A stretch of DNA of 61,051 bases from Solirubrobacterales bacterium (GTDB taxonomy: Bacteria; Actinomycetota; Thermoleophilia; Solirubrobacterales; Solirubrobacteraceae), in contig PMOY01000096.1 of assembly GCA_003165655.1 (NCBI GenBank), forward strand, positions 1-61,051. The letters are read 5' to 3'. This document shows, piece by piece, positions 19,832 to 29,087 of this stretch. Numbering within the stretch: position 1 is the stretch's first letter; each line of letters begins with the position of its first letter. A model generated the notes under the pieces. That model was not told the origin of the DNA. It saw nothing but the letters and a program-made list of their open reading frames with translations, and made no database searches. The position numbers were made by a program, and so were the translations under genes.

Positions 19832-21088
19832 GTGAGGCGGACCATCTTCGAGGATGAGCACAAGTGGTTCCGCGAGACGGTGAGGACCTTCGTGGAGCGG
19901 GAGATCCACCCGGTGCGCGAGCGCATCCGGCAGCAGCGGCTGATCGAGCGGAGGATCTGGCACAGAGCCGGTGCGGCGGGATTTCTCGGTCTTGGAGTAC
20001 CCGCCGAGCATGGCGGCTCGGGGACCGCAGACTTCCGCTTCAACGCAGTGCTCGGCGAGGAGCTGGCCCGTGCCGGGATGGCATATGCCTCCTCGTTCGG
20101 GATTCACACCGACGTCGTGGCTCCCTATCTCGTCGAGTCGACCACCCCAGCGCAGCGGGAGCGTTGGTTGCCTCGCTTCTGCACCGGCGAGCTGATCACA
20201 GCAATCGCGATGACCGAGCCTGAGGCCGGCTCCGACCTCAGGGCATTGCGTACCTCGGCCCGTCGAGACGGCTCCGCATGGGTCCTCAACGGCTCGAAGA
20301 CGTTCATCACCAACGGCTACTCGGCTGACCTGGTCGTCGTCGCGGCACGCACCGATGCTCAGAGTGGACAGACGGGCATCACCCTCTTTGGGGTCGAAAC
20401 CGGAAGTGCGGGCTTCACCCGCGGGCGCAAGCTGTCGAAGACCGGCCAACACGAGGCGGACACCGCTGAGCTGTTCCTCGAGGACGTCTGGCTGACGGAC
20501 GAGGACCGCATCGGCGAACTGAACGGCGGATTCAAGCTGATGGTGCAGCGCCTCACCCAGGAGCGGCTCAGCGCCGCGGTCGCGAACCTTGCGCACGCCA
20601 CGGTCGCCCTCGAGCAGACCCTAGTCTACGCCCGCGAGCGCAAGGCGTTCGGGCGACCGATCGGGACCTTCCAGAACAGCCGCTTCGAACTGGCCGCCAT
20701 GACCACCGAGATCGACGTCACCCAGGCATACATCGACCGCTGCGTTCAGGCCCACGTCGACGGTGAGCTCACGGGGGTCGACGCGGCCAAGGCGAAGTGG
20801 TGGAGCGCGGAGATACAGAACCGCGTCCTCGACCGCTGTGTTCAGCTCTTCGGGGGCTACGGCTACATGGAGGAGTACGACGTGGCGCGGGCCTGGGCCG
20901 ATGCGCGCGTGACCAAGATCTGGGCCGGTTCGAACGAGATCATGAAGGAAATCATCGGACGCTCTCTGGGACTCGGCGATCCCGCGCCCGCCCCAGCTGC
21001 TGAAGGCCACCGCCCGGCACCGCGCACGGGCCTTGCTGGCGAGAAAGCCATCAACCAGCGAAACGAGGGCTGCCGTGACTCGATCTGA
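19832..21088 (+). CDS. Acyl-CoA dehydrogenase (LCAD-like)
   Basis: IAMTEPEAGSDL, NGSKTFITNG, QERL, QLFGGYGYM, IWAGSNEIMK. Confidence 0.95.
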   Translation: MRRTIFEDEHKWFRETVRTFVEREIHPVRERIRQQRLIERRIWHRAGAAGFLGLGVPAEHGGSGTADFRFNAVLGEELARAGMAYASSFGIHTDVVAPYLVESTTPAQRERWLPRFCTGELITAIAMTEPEAGSDLRALRTSARRDGSAWVLNGSKTFITNGYSADLVVVAARTDAQSGQTGITLFGVETGSAGFTRGRKLSKTGQHEADTAELFLEDVWLTDEDRIGELNGGFKLMVQRLTQERLSAAVANLAHATVALEQTLVYARERKAFGRPIGTFQNSRFELAAMTTEIDVTQAYIDRCVQAHVDGELTGVDAAKAKWWSAEIQNRVLDRCVQLFGGYGYMEEYDVARAWADARVTKIWAGSNEIMKEIIGRSLGLGDPAPAPAAEGHRPAPRTGLAGEKAINQRNEGCRDSI

Positions 21089-21725
21089 CCTGACGGACAC
21101 AGCGACCGTCCCGAGCGCGCCCGGAACGAGCCAACTGCGCGTCTACCACCGGGTCGGCGCCGGCCGGCCGATCAGAGTCGTATGGGCGCTGGAGGAACTC
21201 GGGAGCGACTATGAGCTGACCGTGCTGAGCGCCGAGGAGGCACGCGCGCCAGCGCATCTGGCTCGGCACCCGATGGGCAGGGTCCCGGTGATCGAGGACG
21301 CCGAGGGCAGCCTGTTCGAGTCGACCGCACTCTGCCTCCACATCGGGGAACTTGATGAGACGGGGGCGCTGATGCCGGCAGCGGCGACGCGCGGGCGCGC
21401 GCTTGTGCAACAGTGGGCGATCTTCGCCATGACGGAGCTCGAGGCGCCCGCCATCGAGCACTATCGCCTGAGGGAGTCCAGTCCCGAAGGCGCGGCACGG
21501 GCAGCGGAACGCTGCGGAATGGCGGCGTCAGCCATCGAGGCAGCGCTCACAGGCTCCCACTCCCTCCTCCCCGCCGGCTTTACGGTCGCCGATATCGTCG
21601 TCAGCGAAGTGGTCCGTGTCGCCGAGAGGGTAGGCGCGATCAAGCCAACCCCGGCGACGCAGAGCTACGTGGACGCGATGGCTCAGCGGCCGGCTCGGGT
21701 ACGCGCCGCGGCGCGGCTGGCCTGA
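21075..21725 (+). CDS. Glutathione S-transferase family protein
   Basis: RVVWALEELG, HPMGRVPVI, LFESTAL, FTVADI. Confidence 0.88.
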   Translation: MTRSDLTDTATVPSAPGTSQLRVYHRVGAGRPIRVVWALEELGSDYELTVLSAEEARAPAHLARHPMGRVPVIEDAEGSLFESTALCLHIGELDETGALMPAAATRGRALVQQWAIFAMTELEAPAIEHYRLRESSPEGAARAAERCGMAASAIEAALTGSHSLLPAGFTVADIVVSEVVRVAERVGAIKPTPATQSYVDAMAQRPARVRAAARLA

Positions 21726-21764
21726 GCCCGTCCGCTCTCGCGGCGCGCGCTCGACCGCCATCTG

Positions 21765-21870
21765 CGACGACGCAGCATCAGCGGCAGGACCGCGCGCATC
21801 GAGAGCCAGGCGCCCGTCAGGTTGAAAGTGAGCACCGGTTCCACTCGTCGAGCTTCAACGTCGAGGGCGC
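21765..21870 (-). pseudogene. Internal SDR fragment
   Basis: DEWNR / VLTFNLTGAWLSMRAVLPLM with a frameshift. Confidence 0.6.
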
Positions 21871-21938
21871 CTCGGCGCCGTCCGCAGCGCGGCGCAGGCG
21901 CTGAGCACATCGACTTCGCCCGTTCAGGCGCCCGCTCG

Positions 21939-23450
21939 TCAATCCTCCTCGGCAGCGGCAGGACCGCCCGTTGCGCCGGGTGTCGTGACACCGTTCAGAT
22001 CCGGCTCAAACATCTCCAACGACGCGGCTGCCACAAGCCCCTCCTCGAGAGCCCAGCGCGGATCGACCGCGTCCGTCCGGCCCGGAACCGCTTCTGCGCG
22101 TCCGATCAGCCACCAGGCGATGGCGGCGGTCGCTAGGGCCAGCCCAGCACCGATCAGCGCGGTACTTCGGTATGAGCCCAGCGTGGGGACCCCATCGTGG
22201 CCCAACGAGTCGAGCAAGCTCACACAGAGCCCGCTGCCCAGTGAGAAGCCCACAAAGCGCACCACCTGGTAGAAGCCCATCGCGCTACCGGTCTCGCGCG
22301 CCGGGACCGCGGAGACGATCAGCCCCGGCATCGCGGCGAAGGTGAGCCCCAACCCCGTTCCAAGAAGGCCCATGCTGACGAACGCCTGCCAGAGCTCCGT
22401 TCCGGTCTCGGCGAAGAAGACCAGCGAGGCAGCCACGCACAGCGATCCCACGGGAATCACCCGGCGAATACCGATCCTGCGCCCGAGCCACGGCAACGCG
22501 CGACTGCCGGATGCGCTGAGGATCGACAGCGGCACGAGGGTCAGCCCGGCGACGAACACGGAGGCGCTGAACCCGAACGTGCGCAGCTGCACGAACTGTG
22601 TGGCCAGAACAATCGTGAGGTACATGGCGATGCCGAGGCAGAACGCCGTCACGTCGGCGCTGAGCACTGCCGGGTGACGAGCGAGGCGCAGGTCGACCAG
22701 GGGTTCCGCCACTGTGAGCTCGTGCACAACCCAGGCAGCGATAAACGCCCACCCGAGGGCGAAAAGCGACAGTGTCCGCGATCCCAACCAGCCCCATTGG
22801 GGAGCCTCGGTGCAGGCGATCAGGATTCCCACCACTCCGAGTGCGACCAGGGCTGCGCCCAGGAGATCGATCGAGCCTCCGGGCGGCCGAGAGCCGGCAG
22901 GCGGGATCAGCACTTTCGCCAGCGCTGCCGCGGCGGCACTAAAACCGCACCCCACCCAGAACGCGGCGGCGATGTTCAGGTGCTGGGCGATGAAGCCCGT
23001 GATGGGGTACCCGAGCCCGACGCCGGCCGCCGCAACGACGGATAGAGCGGCAATCGTGCGCCCGGCACGAACCGACGGCAGGTGTTCGCGCGCCGCGGCC
23101 ATGGTGAGTGGCATCAGGGCGAGACCCAGCCCTTGCATGGCCCGACCAAGGATCAGAACCGCGAGGCTCGATGCCAGCGCGGCGATGGCGCACCCCACCG
23201 ACACGATAGCGAGGCAGCTGACCGTGACGGGCTTGCGATGCGAGCCGTCCCCGAGCCGGCCGAGCAGCGGCGAGGTGACCGCGCCGACCACGAGTGTCGC
23301 GGTCAGCGCCCACTGGGTGCTCGACACGCTGGCGTGAAGGTCCCGAGCCATGGTCGGGATCAGCGGCGCCCCCAGACTGCTGACCACGGAAACCACGGCT
23401 CCGATAAACAGCAATGTCGGCACGAGCGCCCACTCCCGCCGGCTGGTCAT
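21939..23450 (-). CDS. MFS transporter (DHA2/14-TMS type)
   Basis: GRLGDGSHRK motif A variant, GRAMQGLG, many TM segments, EPLVDL. Confidence 0.9.
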   Translation of the reverse strand: MTSRREWALVPTLLFIGAVVSVVSSLGAPLIPTMARDLHASVSSTQWALTATLVVGAVTSPLLGRLGDGSHRKPVTVSCLAIVSVGCAIAALASSLAVLILGRAMQGLGLALMPLTMAAAREHLPSVRAGRTIAALSVVAAAGVGLGYPITGFIAQHLNIAAAFWVGCGFSAAAAALAKVLIPPAGSRPPGGSIDLLGAALVALGVVGILIACTEAPQWGWLGSRTLSLFALGWAFIAAWVVHELTVAEPLVDLRLARHPAVLSADVTAFCLGIAMYLTIVLATQFVQLRTFGFSASVFVAGLTLVPLSILSASGSRALPWLGRRIGIRRVIPVGSLCVAASLVFFAETGTELWQAFVSMGLLGTGLGLTFAAMPGLIVSAVPARETGSAMGFYQVVRFVGFSLGSGLCVSLLDSLGHDGVPTLGSYRSTALIGAGLALATAAIAWWLIGRAEAVPGRTDAVDPRWALEEGLVAAASLEMFEPDLNGVTTPGATGGPAAAEED

Positions 23451-23519
23451 GGCAGCGCGTCTCCGCGGTGATGTCGAGGCCGATGGCCTCGGCGGCGAAG
23501 CTGCTCTCGATCTGTGTGA

Positions 23520-23715
23520 TCTGCCCAGTCCGCCCACGCGGCGACGAACCGCTCGTAGCCGAGATGGTCGCGCATCAGCTCGACGCACATGTCCGCGGTG
23601 TGGATCCAGCTCATCCCCGCACGGGGAAGCGGAGTGGGAGAAGACGAAACGTGGCAGCGAGGGGACGACCCACGTCGAAGGCGTCGCTCGTTTCTCCCCC
23701 GTGAGCGGGTGCATA
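23520..23715 (-). pseudogene. Epoxide hydrolase internal fragment
   Basis: PAHGGETSDAFD / VVPSLPRFVFS / ADMCVELMRDHLGYERF..WADW, split over frames (cf. AFDVVVPSLPGFGFS...LGYERF.AQGGDWG). Confidence 0.68.
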
Positions 23716-23779
23716 CGGGTTCGACGGGGATCCGGGGACGCTGTCGGTCCCGGTTGCCCCGGAATAGTGCTTGGCCCGC

Positions 23780-24030
23780 GGCCGGATGACCGAATGGGGC
23801 GCGCTCGCCGGACCGATCGCGTGAGCCAGCGAGTACACCTGGCCGGTCCGCACGAGCCCAGCGGCCGCCCGAACGTCTTCGGCATCGATGAAGTTGGCGG
23901 TCCCGCGTCGGTCGTCCTCGCCCCAGCGGCCCCAGTTGTTGGGCTGGCCCGGCGCGTACGGGCCGGTCACCTTCGTGGTTGCCGAGACCCGGTATTCAGG
24001 GCTGGACCATCCCTCTCCGCGCGCCGCCAT
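23780..24030 (-). pseudogene. N-terminal remnant of a cyclase (kynurenine formamidase-like) family gene
   Basis: NNWGRWGEDDRRGTANFI...AAGLVRTGQVYSL; lacks the HxGTHxD core. Confidence 0.75.
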
Positions 24031-24068
24031 CGCGTCTCCTGACTGGGTGTGACAACAGACCGTACTTC

Positions 24069-24084
24069 ATTGCGCATGAGCAAG
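24069..24084. promoter_or_regulatory. Putative operator (variant)
   Basis: ATTGCgcatgaGCAAG in the divergent region before the flavin reductase-GntR gene. Confidence 0.62.
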
Positions 24085-24174
24085 CAAGACACCCCGCTGA
24101 CCGTGCGCCTGGCTTGTGCGCGCGTCGACGCAGCGATAGCCTCCGTGGGTCTCAGCCATCGACCACAGGAACCC

Positions 24175-25335
24175 ATGACGGCAGCCAGCACGGAGACGGA
24201 GAGCCGCCGACTCACGTCGGATGAGTTCCGCGACGTGATCGGACATTTCGCCAGTGGCGTCACGGTGATCACGACCGCCGTCGAGGGCAAGCGCTACGGC
24301 ACGACCGCGAGTGCCGTGACCTCCCTGTCGATCGAGCCACCGATGGTCCTGATCTGCATGAACGAGACGTCCTCGACCGGAAACGCGGTGGTCCAGGCTG
24401 GAACCTTCGCGATGAACATCCTCGCGGAGGGGCAGACGGACATGGCCAAGCACTTCGCCTCGAAGGCCCCAGACAAGTTCGAGCATTGTTTCGTGGTAGA
24501 GGGCCCGATGGGGCTGCCGCTGCTGGGCGACGCCCTCGCGTCATTGGAGTGTCGGGTCACCGAGCAGGTCCGCGGTGGGACACACATCGTGTTCCTCGCC
24601 GAGGTTCACACGGCGACGGCGCGCACCGGGGCGCCGCTCGCGTATTTCCGCGGCCAGTTCGGCCGCCTCGAGCTGCCCGCGGGCGACGACGCCTATCGCC
24701 TGATCCGCACCCGTGTGCTCGAGGGAGAGCTCAGGCCGGGAGTCGCCCTGGACCTCCAGGAACTGGTTGGGGAGCTCGGCTCGGCGGCCGGTCCGCTGCA
24801 GGTCGCCTTGGGCCGGCTGACCGGCGAGGGCCTCATCGAGCAGCGCGACGGCGGCTTCGCTATCCCGCCGATGTCCTTGGCCGCGGTCGAGGACGCGCTG
24901 AGCTCCCGCTGCGCGATCGAGTTGGGCGTGATCGACCTGACCGTCGGCCGCCTGCCGGACGCCGAGCTCGGGCGTCTGGATGCGGCCCTGCGCACCTGGA
25001 CGCCGGTATCCGATGACTCGGGGCTGACGTGGCGCGATCGCCACGTGAACAGCATGGGATTCCACGAGACCATGGTCAGCCTGGCGGGGTCCGAAACGCT
25101 GCTGGGCTCCTACCGACGGCTAGCGGTTTCCAGCGCGCTCGCGCGCACGTTCAGCGGTTACGTTCTCAGCAAGCGCGATGAGGCCTATGGCGCCGAGCAC
25201 CGGGAGCTGGTGGCAGCGTATGCGACCGGGAACCCCGATGTCGCGCGCGAGATCGTCCTGCGCCACACGCAGCGGATCAAGGAGGCGGCGCGCAAGGCGC
25301 TCGATACCGCGGAGGTCACCTCCGAGGTGCGGTGA
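24175..25335 (+). CDS. Flavin reductase (HpaC/RutF-like) - GntR wHTH - FCD fusion protein
   Basis: FRDVIGHFASGVTVIT..GTTASAVTSLS.EPP...GGTH...PLAYFRGQF, then AYRLIRTRVLEGELRPG...ALGRLTGEGLI, then FHE...EHREL...H. Confidence 0.9.
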   Translation: MTAASTETESRRLTSDEFRDVIGHFASGVTVITTAVEGKRYGTTASAVTSLSIEPPMVLICMNETSSTGNAVVQAGTFAMNILAEGQTDMAKHFASKAPDKFEHCFVVEGPMGLPLLGDALASLECRVTEQVRGGTHIVFLAEVHTATARTGAPLAYFRGQFGRLELPAGDDAYRLIRTRVLEGELRPGVALDLQELVGELGSAAGPLQVALGRLTGEGLIEQRDGGFAIPPMSLAAVEDALSSRCAIELGVIDLTVGRLPDAELGRLDAALRTWTPVSDDSGLTWRDRHVNSMGFHETMVSLAGSETLLGSYRRLAVSSALARTFSGYVLSKRDEAYGAEHRELVAAYATGNPDVAREIVLRHTQRIKEAARKALDTAEVTSEVR

Positions 25336-25348
25336 CGCCGCCTCAGCG

Positions 25349-25364
25349 GTTGCGCGGGCGCAAG
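25349..25364. promoter_or_regulatory. Putative operator (variant)
   Basis: GTTGCgcgggcGCAAG, 24 bp before the crotonase start. Confidence 0.6.
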
Positions 25365-25387
25365 CTGCATGAGATAGCATTGCGAGC

Positions 25388-26197
25388 ATGGTGCCCAAGC
25401 CACTCGACGAGTACGCCGACGCTTACGCCAATGTGCGGTTCGACCGCCAGGACGGGATCCTCCAGGTGCAGCTTCACAGCAACGGCGGACCGTTGGTGTG
25501 GGAGGACTCGGCTCACCGTGAGCTGCCATTAGCGTTGATGGATATCGCCACCGATCCCGAGAACGAGGTCGTCATCCTGACCGGGACCGGCGACAGCTTC
25601 TGCGCCACTGTCGACCATCTGAGCTGGGGGCCCGACCGAGCCACATCACCAGTACGCGATCGCATCTATCACGAGGCGAAGATCATGCTGCGGGCGTTGC
25701 TCGACATTCACGTCCCGGTCATCGGAGCGGTAAACGGCCCAGCCCGCCTCCACGCCGAGGTCCCGCTGCTGAGCGACGTCGTGCTGGCCTCCGATACTGC
25801 CGTGTTCCAGGACGCGGTTCACTGGACCACCGGAGGCGTGCCCGGAGACGGAGTGCATGTGCTGTGGCCGATGTGGCTCGGCCCCAATCGGGGCCGGCAG
25901 TTCCTCTATATGTGCCAAGAGATCGACGCCCGGGAGGCGCTGTCGCTCGGCCTGGTAGCCGAGGTTCATCCTCCCGAGCGTTTGCTCGACCGTGCCTGGG
26001 AGATCGCCCGCGAGTTCCTGAACCGGCCGCGGACGACCCGGCGCTATACGCGCGTGGCCCTCACCCTGGGAATCCGCCGAGCACTCGAGGCCGATCTCAA
26101 CGAGGGACTCGCGCTCGAGTTCCTGGCTCGTGCGCTGACCGTCGCCGACGGCGCCGGACCGGGGCCCACGTATCCGTATATCACCCCAGCGTCCTGA
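25388..26197 (+). CDS. Crotonase-family enzyme, 6-oxocamphor hydrolase-like (paralog of 4923-5735)
   Basis: LTGTGDSFCA, LHAEVPLLSD, VHWTTGGVPGDG, LGPNRGR. Confidence 0.88.
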   Translation: MVPKPLDEYADAYANVRFDRQDGILQVQLHSNGGPLVWEDSAHRELPLALMDIATDPENEVVILTGTGDSFCATVDHLSWGPDRATSPVRDRIYHEAKIMLRALLDIHVPVIGAVNGPARLHAEVPLLSDVVLASDTAVFQDAVHWTTGGVPGDGVHVLWPMWLGPNRGRQFLYMCQEIDAREALSLGLVAEVHPPERLLDRAWEIAREFLNRPRTTRRYTRVALTLGIRRALEADLNEGLALEFLARALTVADGAGPGPTYPYITPAS

Positions 26198-26247
26198 CCG
26201 AGCGCACCCGCTTGGGGGCCCGACCATTTCCCGCAGGGCGCCAGCGC

Positions 26248-27471
26248 TTACGCCGGCGCGTTGTCAAACTCGATGTCGAGGCGGTTCAGCCCGCGGAAGG
26301 AGGGACTGGGGATGTGCGTGAGATCATTGCCCGGGGCTAGTCGGATGTTCTCCAGCCTGGCCAGCAGCCGCTCGAGGGCGATCCGGACCTCCATGCGCGC
26401 CAGCGGCATCCCGAGGCACATGTGCGGACCGTGCCCGAATGACAGGTGCTCGTGAGCGTTCGGCCGCGTGATGTCGAAGTTCGCCGGGCACTCGAACTTC
26501 GTCTCGTCCCGGTTGGCGGCGCCCTGCATAGCCAGGGCATAGGAGCCCGCCGGGATCGTGACCCCGGCCAGCTCGACATCCCGGGTGACGACCCGCGGTT
26601 GCCAGACCGCCGGCATCTCGAGCCTGATGCCCTCCTCGATCACCGGCACTATGAGTTTGGGGTCTCGTCGCACCATCGCCATCTGCTCGGGGTGCTGGAT
26701 CAGGAGCAGAAGCAAGCTGCTCAGAAAGTGGGCAGTGGTGACGACGCCACCGCCGAGCAGGATCGCCACCTGGGCGCGAACCTCCGGGAGGTCGAACTCG
26801 CCGTCTCGTTTCACCTGCGCGCGAATGACATCGCTCATCAGGTCCTCGCCGAGATTCTCGTAACGCTCCTGAAGCCGGGCCGTGAGATAGTCGAACATCT
26901 TCGCGCCATTCTCGCGCTGGCGCTCCAGGAAGTCCTTCGGCATCCAGGAGGCGCCCGATGCCTCGAACGTTGCCCATAGCCGGACCCACGGCATGTCCTC
27001 TTCGGGGACCCCCATCAGGCGCAGCGTGAGGATCGTCGGAAGCTGGGTGGCGAACGCCTCGACAAAATTGCACTGCCCGTCGTCGATGAAGCCGTCGATC
27101 AGCCCGTCGACGATCTGGTGGATCAGCGGATCGAAGGCCTTCAGCCGTGCTGGGCGCAGCGCGGCGAAGCCAAGTGCCCGCTTGGGCTTGTGGTCGGGCG
27201 CATCTGTCTGGATCATCCCCTTGCCCCCGGACGATGACGTGCTCAGGAGAATGTCGAAGCCGAGCAACCCGTCACGGCTGTTGAAGCTCGAGAAGATCTC
27301 GGGGGTGGCGAAGACATAGCGCACGTCCTCGTATCGTGTGATCACGTAGATATTCGGCCGGTCGGGAAGCTGGTAAACGGGGGCCTCCCGGCGCAGATAC
27401 TCGAACACCGGCCAGGGGCACTCGGCCCCCTCCATCGACGGATAATCGACAGTTCGGGATGTGGTCGACAT
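26248..27471 (-). CDS. Cytochrome P450 (paralog of 2489-3697)
   Basis: DAPDH, EEGIR, FGHGPHMCLG; shared YPS.EGAECP N-terminus. Confidence 0.95.
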   Translation of the reverse strand: MSTTSRTVDYPSMEGAECPWPVFEYLRREAPVYQLPDRPNIYVITRYEDVRYVFATPEIFSSFNSRDGLLGFDILLSTSSSGGKGMIQTDAPDHKPKRALGFAALRPARLKAFDPLIHQIVDGLIDGFIDDGQCNFVEAFATQLPTILTLRLMGVPEEDMPWVRLWATFEASGASWMPKDFLERQRENGAKMFDYLTARLQERYENLGEDLMSDVIRAQVKRDGEFDLPEVRAQVAILLGGGVVTTAHFLSSLLLLLIQHPEQMAMVRRDPKLIVPVIEEGIRLEMPAVWQPRVVTRDVELAGVTIPAGSYALAMQGAANRDETKFECPANFDITRPNAHEHLSFGHGPHMCLGMPLARMEVRIALERLLARLENIRLAPGNDLTHIPSPSFRGLNRLDIEFDNAPA

Positions 27472-27642
27472 GGGATTCGCTCCTGATTTGGCGGGACCGA
27501 GCTAGATCGCCCGGTCGAGATCGAACACCGCGGGCGTCGGCTTGCGGAAGTGCTGAGCAGGATCTCCGGGGCGCTCGAGTCTGCGTATCCGCCCAGGGCA
27601 TGGTGCTCGACGCAGCAGGACCGTCGAAACCGATATCGTGAT

Positions 27643-27658
27643 TTTGCTTGTGCGCAAG
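27643..27658. promoter_or_regulatory. Putative operator (exact reverse complement of 27768-27783)
   Basis: TTTGCttgtgcGCAAG. Confidence 0.68.
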
Positions 27659-27767
27659 CACGGAGAGTAGCGACCTGCTGGCGCTCGGTCAAGCGCCACC
27701 CGCAACACGATTGCTCAATGGTAATGGAGGCCTCACGCCGCACCGGCACAACAGAGAAATACGGTAT

Positions 27768-27783
27768 CTTGCGCACAAGCAAA
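27768..27783. promoter_or_regulatory. Putative operator
   Basis: CTTGCgcacaaGCAAA, 18 bp before the CoA transferase start. Confidence 0.68.
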
Positions 27784-27800
27784 TTGAAGGAGCCTGGCGC

Positions 27801-28967
27801 ATGACCTACCTACCTCTCAGTGGCGTCCGCGTCCTCGAATGGGCACGCGACCGACCGGGGCCGCTGACCGCACGCAAGCTCGCCGACATGGGGGCCGACG
27901 TGGTCAAGGTCCTCGATGTCAGCCGCCGAGAGATCGACGCTCTGACGGCCGGGCATGCCCTCACCGGTGGGACGCGTGTCTCCCCGGTGCTGGACCGCAA
28001 CAAGCGCAGCATCTTCCTCGACTTCACCGATCAGTCCGATCGGGCCACGCTGATGGCGCTCACCGAGAGCGCCGACGTCATCGTCGAGGGCACGCGCCCG
28101 GGAGCCTTCACGGCGCGAACGGGGGTCGACTTCCATGGGCTGCGCCGGGCCAAGCCGAGCATCGTGATCTGCTCGGTCAGCGGCTTCGGACAGACCGGAC
28201 CGCTGGCCAACCTGGCCGCCCATGGCACCAACATGGACGCCCTCGCCGGGGTGCTGCCGCTCGAGCAGGCGAACGGACATTGGGCATACAGCGAGACGTG
28301 CAATCTCACCTGGACGATCGAGCTGGGAATGTTGCACGCCGTAGGTGCGATCCTGGCGGCCCTCTACAGCGCCCGGGCCACCGGCGAGGGCGCCTGGATC
28401 GACCTCTCGTGCTGGGATGCGGCCATCGAGGCCAACCGCCGGTCGCTGACACTTGCGCTGAATGACGATCCGCCGCAGGACACCCGCAGGATGGGCCCAC
28501 ACGCATCGGTCTACGACGCCAAGGACGGACGCCCGGTCGTGCTCTCCGCGATCATCCGCAAGTTCTGGGATCGACTCTGCGAGGCGCTCGAGCGCCCAGA
28601 CCTGGCCGATCGCTGGCGCGAGAGCTTCAGCGGCGACGAAACGCTGCGACCGGAGCTTCAGGCGATCTTCGCCACGCGCACGGCGGCCGAATGGAACGAC
28701 TTCTTCCTCGAGCACGACATCGCCGGCAGCAACACGCTGACCAAGGATGAGCTGCTCGGCCACCCCCACTTCGAAGGACGAGGCATGGTCGCGAGGTCGG
28801 CTTCGGGCGATCAGCGGCTGATCGCCGACGCCATCCGGTGGATGGACGACGGTTCGAGGCCGGGATACGGCTTCGAGCCCACGCACGCACCTGGCGCCGA
28901 CACCGAGGCGGTGCTCACACAGTGGCTAGGCGCCACCGCGCCGGGCGCCTCGCGCCCTGGTGCTTGA
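27801..28967 (+). CDS. CaiB/BaiF family (class III) CoA transferase
   Basis: PLSGVRVLE, LADMGADVVK, RNKRSI.LD, SGFGQTGP, GADTEAVL. Confidence 0.88.
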   Translation: MTYLPLSGVRVLEWARDRPGPLTARKLADMGADVVKVLDVSRREIDALTAGHALTGGTRVSPVLDRNKRSIFLDFTDQSDRATLMALTESADVIVEGTRPGAFTARTGVDFHGLRRAKPSIVICSVSGFGQTGPLANLAAHGTNMDALAGVLPLEQANGHWAYSETCNLTWTIELGMLHAVGAILAALYSARATGEGAWIDLSCWDAAIEANRRSLTLALNDDPPQDTRRMGPHASVYDAKDGRPVVLSAIIRKFWDRLCEALERPDLADRWRESFSGDETLRPELQAIFATRTAAEWNDFFLEHDIAGSNTLTKDELLGHPHFEGRGMVARSASGDQRLIADAIRWMDDGSRPGYGFEPTHAPGADTEAVLTQWLGATAPGASRPGA

Positions 28968-29087
28968 TCAGCTCTGGCGGCACCGGCGCGCGAGACTAGC
29001 TCGAGCAAACGATCAGCCAAGACGCACGGCCGCTTCAGAGACGATGGCACGCGCCGCAGCGCGGAGGTCCGGGAAGCTGCCGAGCGC

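Noticed and set aside
21779-21967. 15-bp direct repeat CAGCGGCAGGACCGC (21779, 21953)
   Set aside because: GC-rich, only two copies and no element between them; may be chance or deletion microhomology.
21939-23885. Long N-terminal extensions in the ORF track (MFS; also ORFs at 4923, 29088, 48790, 50190, 58358)
   Set aside because: The extensions overlap other genes or scars, and downstream starts have RBS or stop/start overlaps.
27502-27620. Possible HAD-hydrolase fragment (FRKPTPAVF); also a P450-like tail (RLLEIEFD) near 48880 and TGAGSSIA near 3710
   Set aside because: Matches are too short to support without a search.
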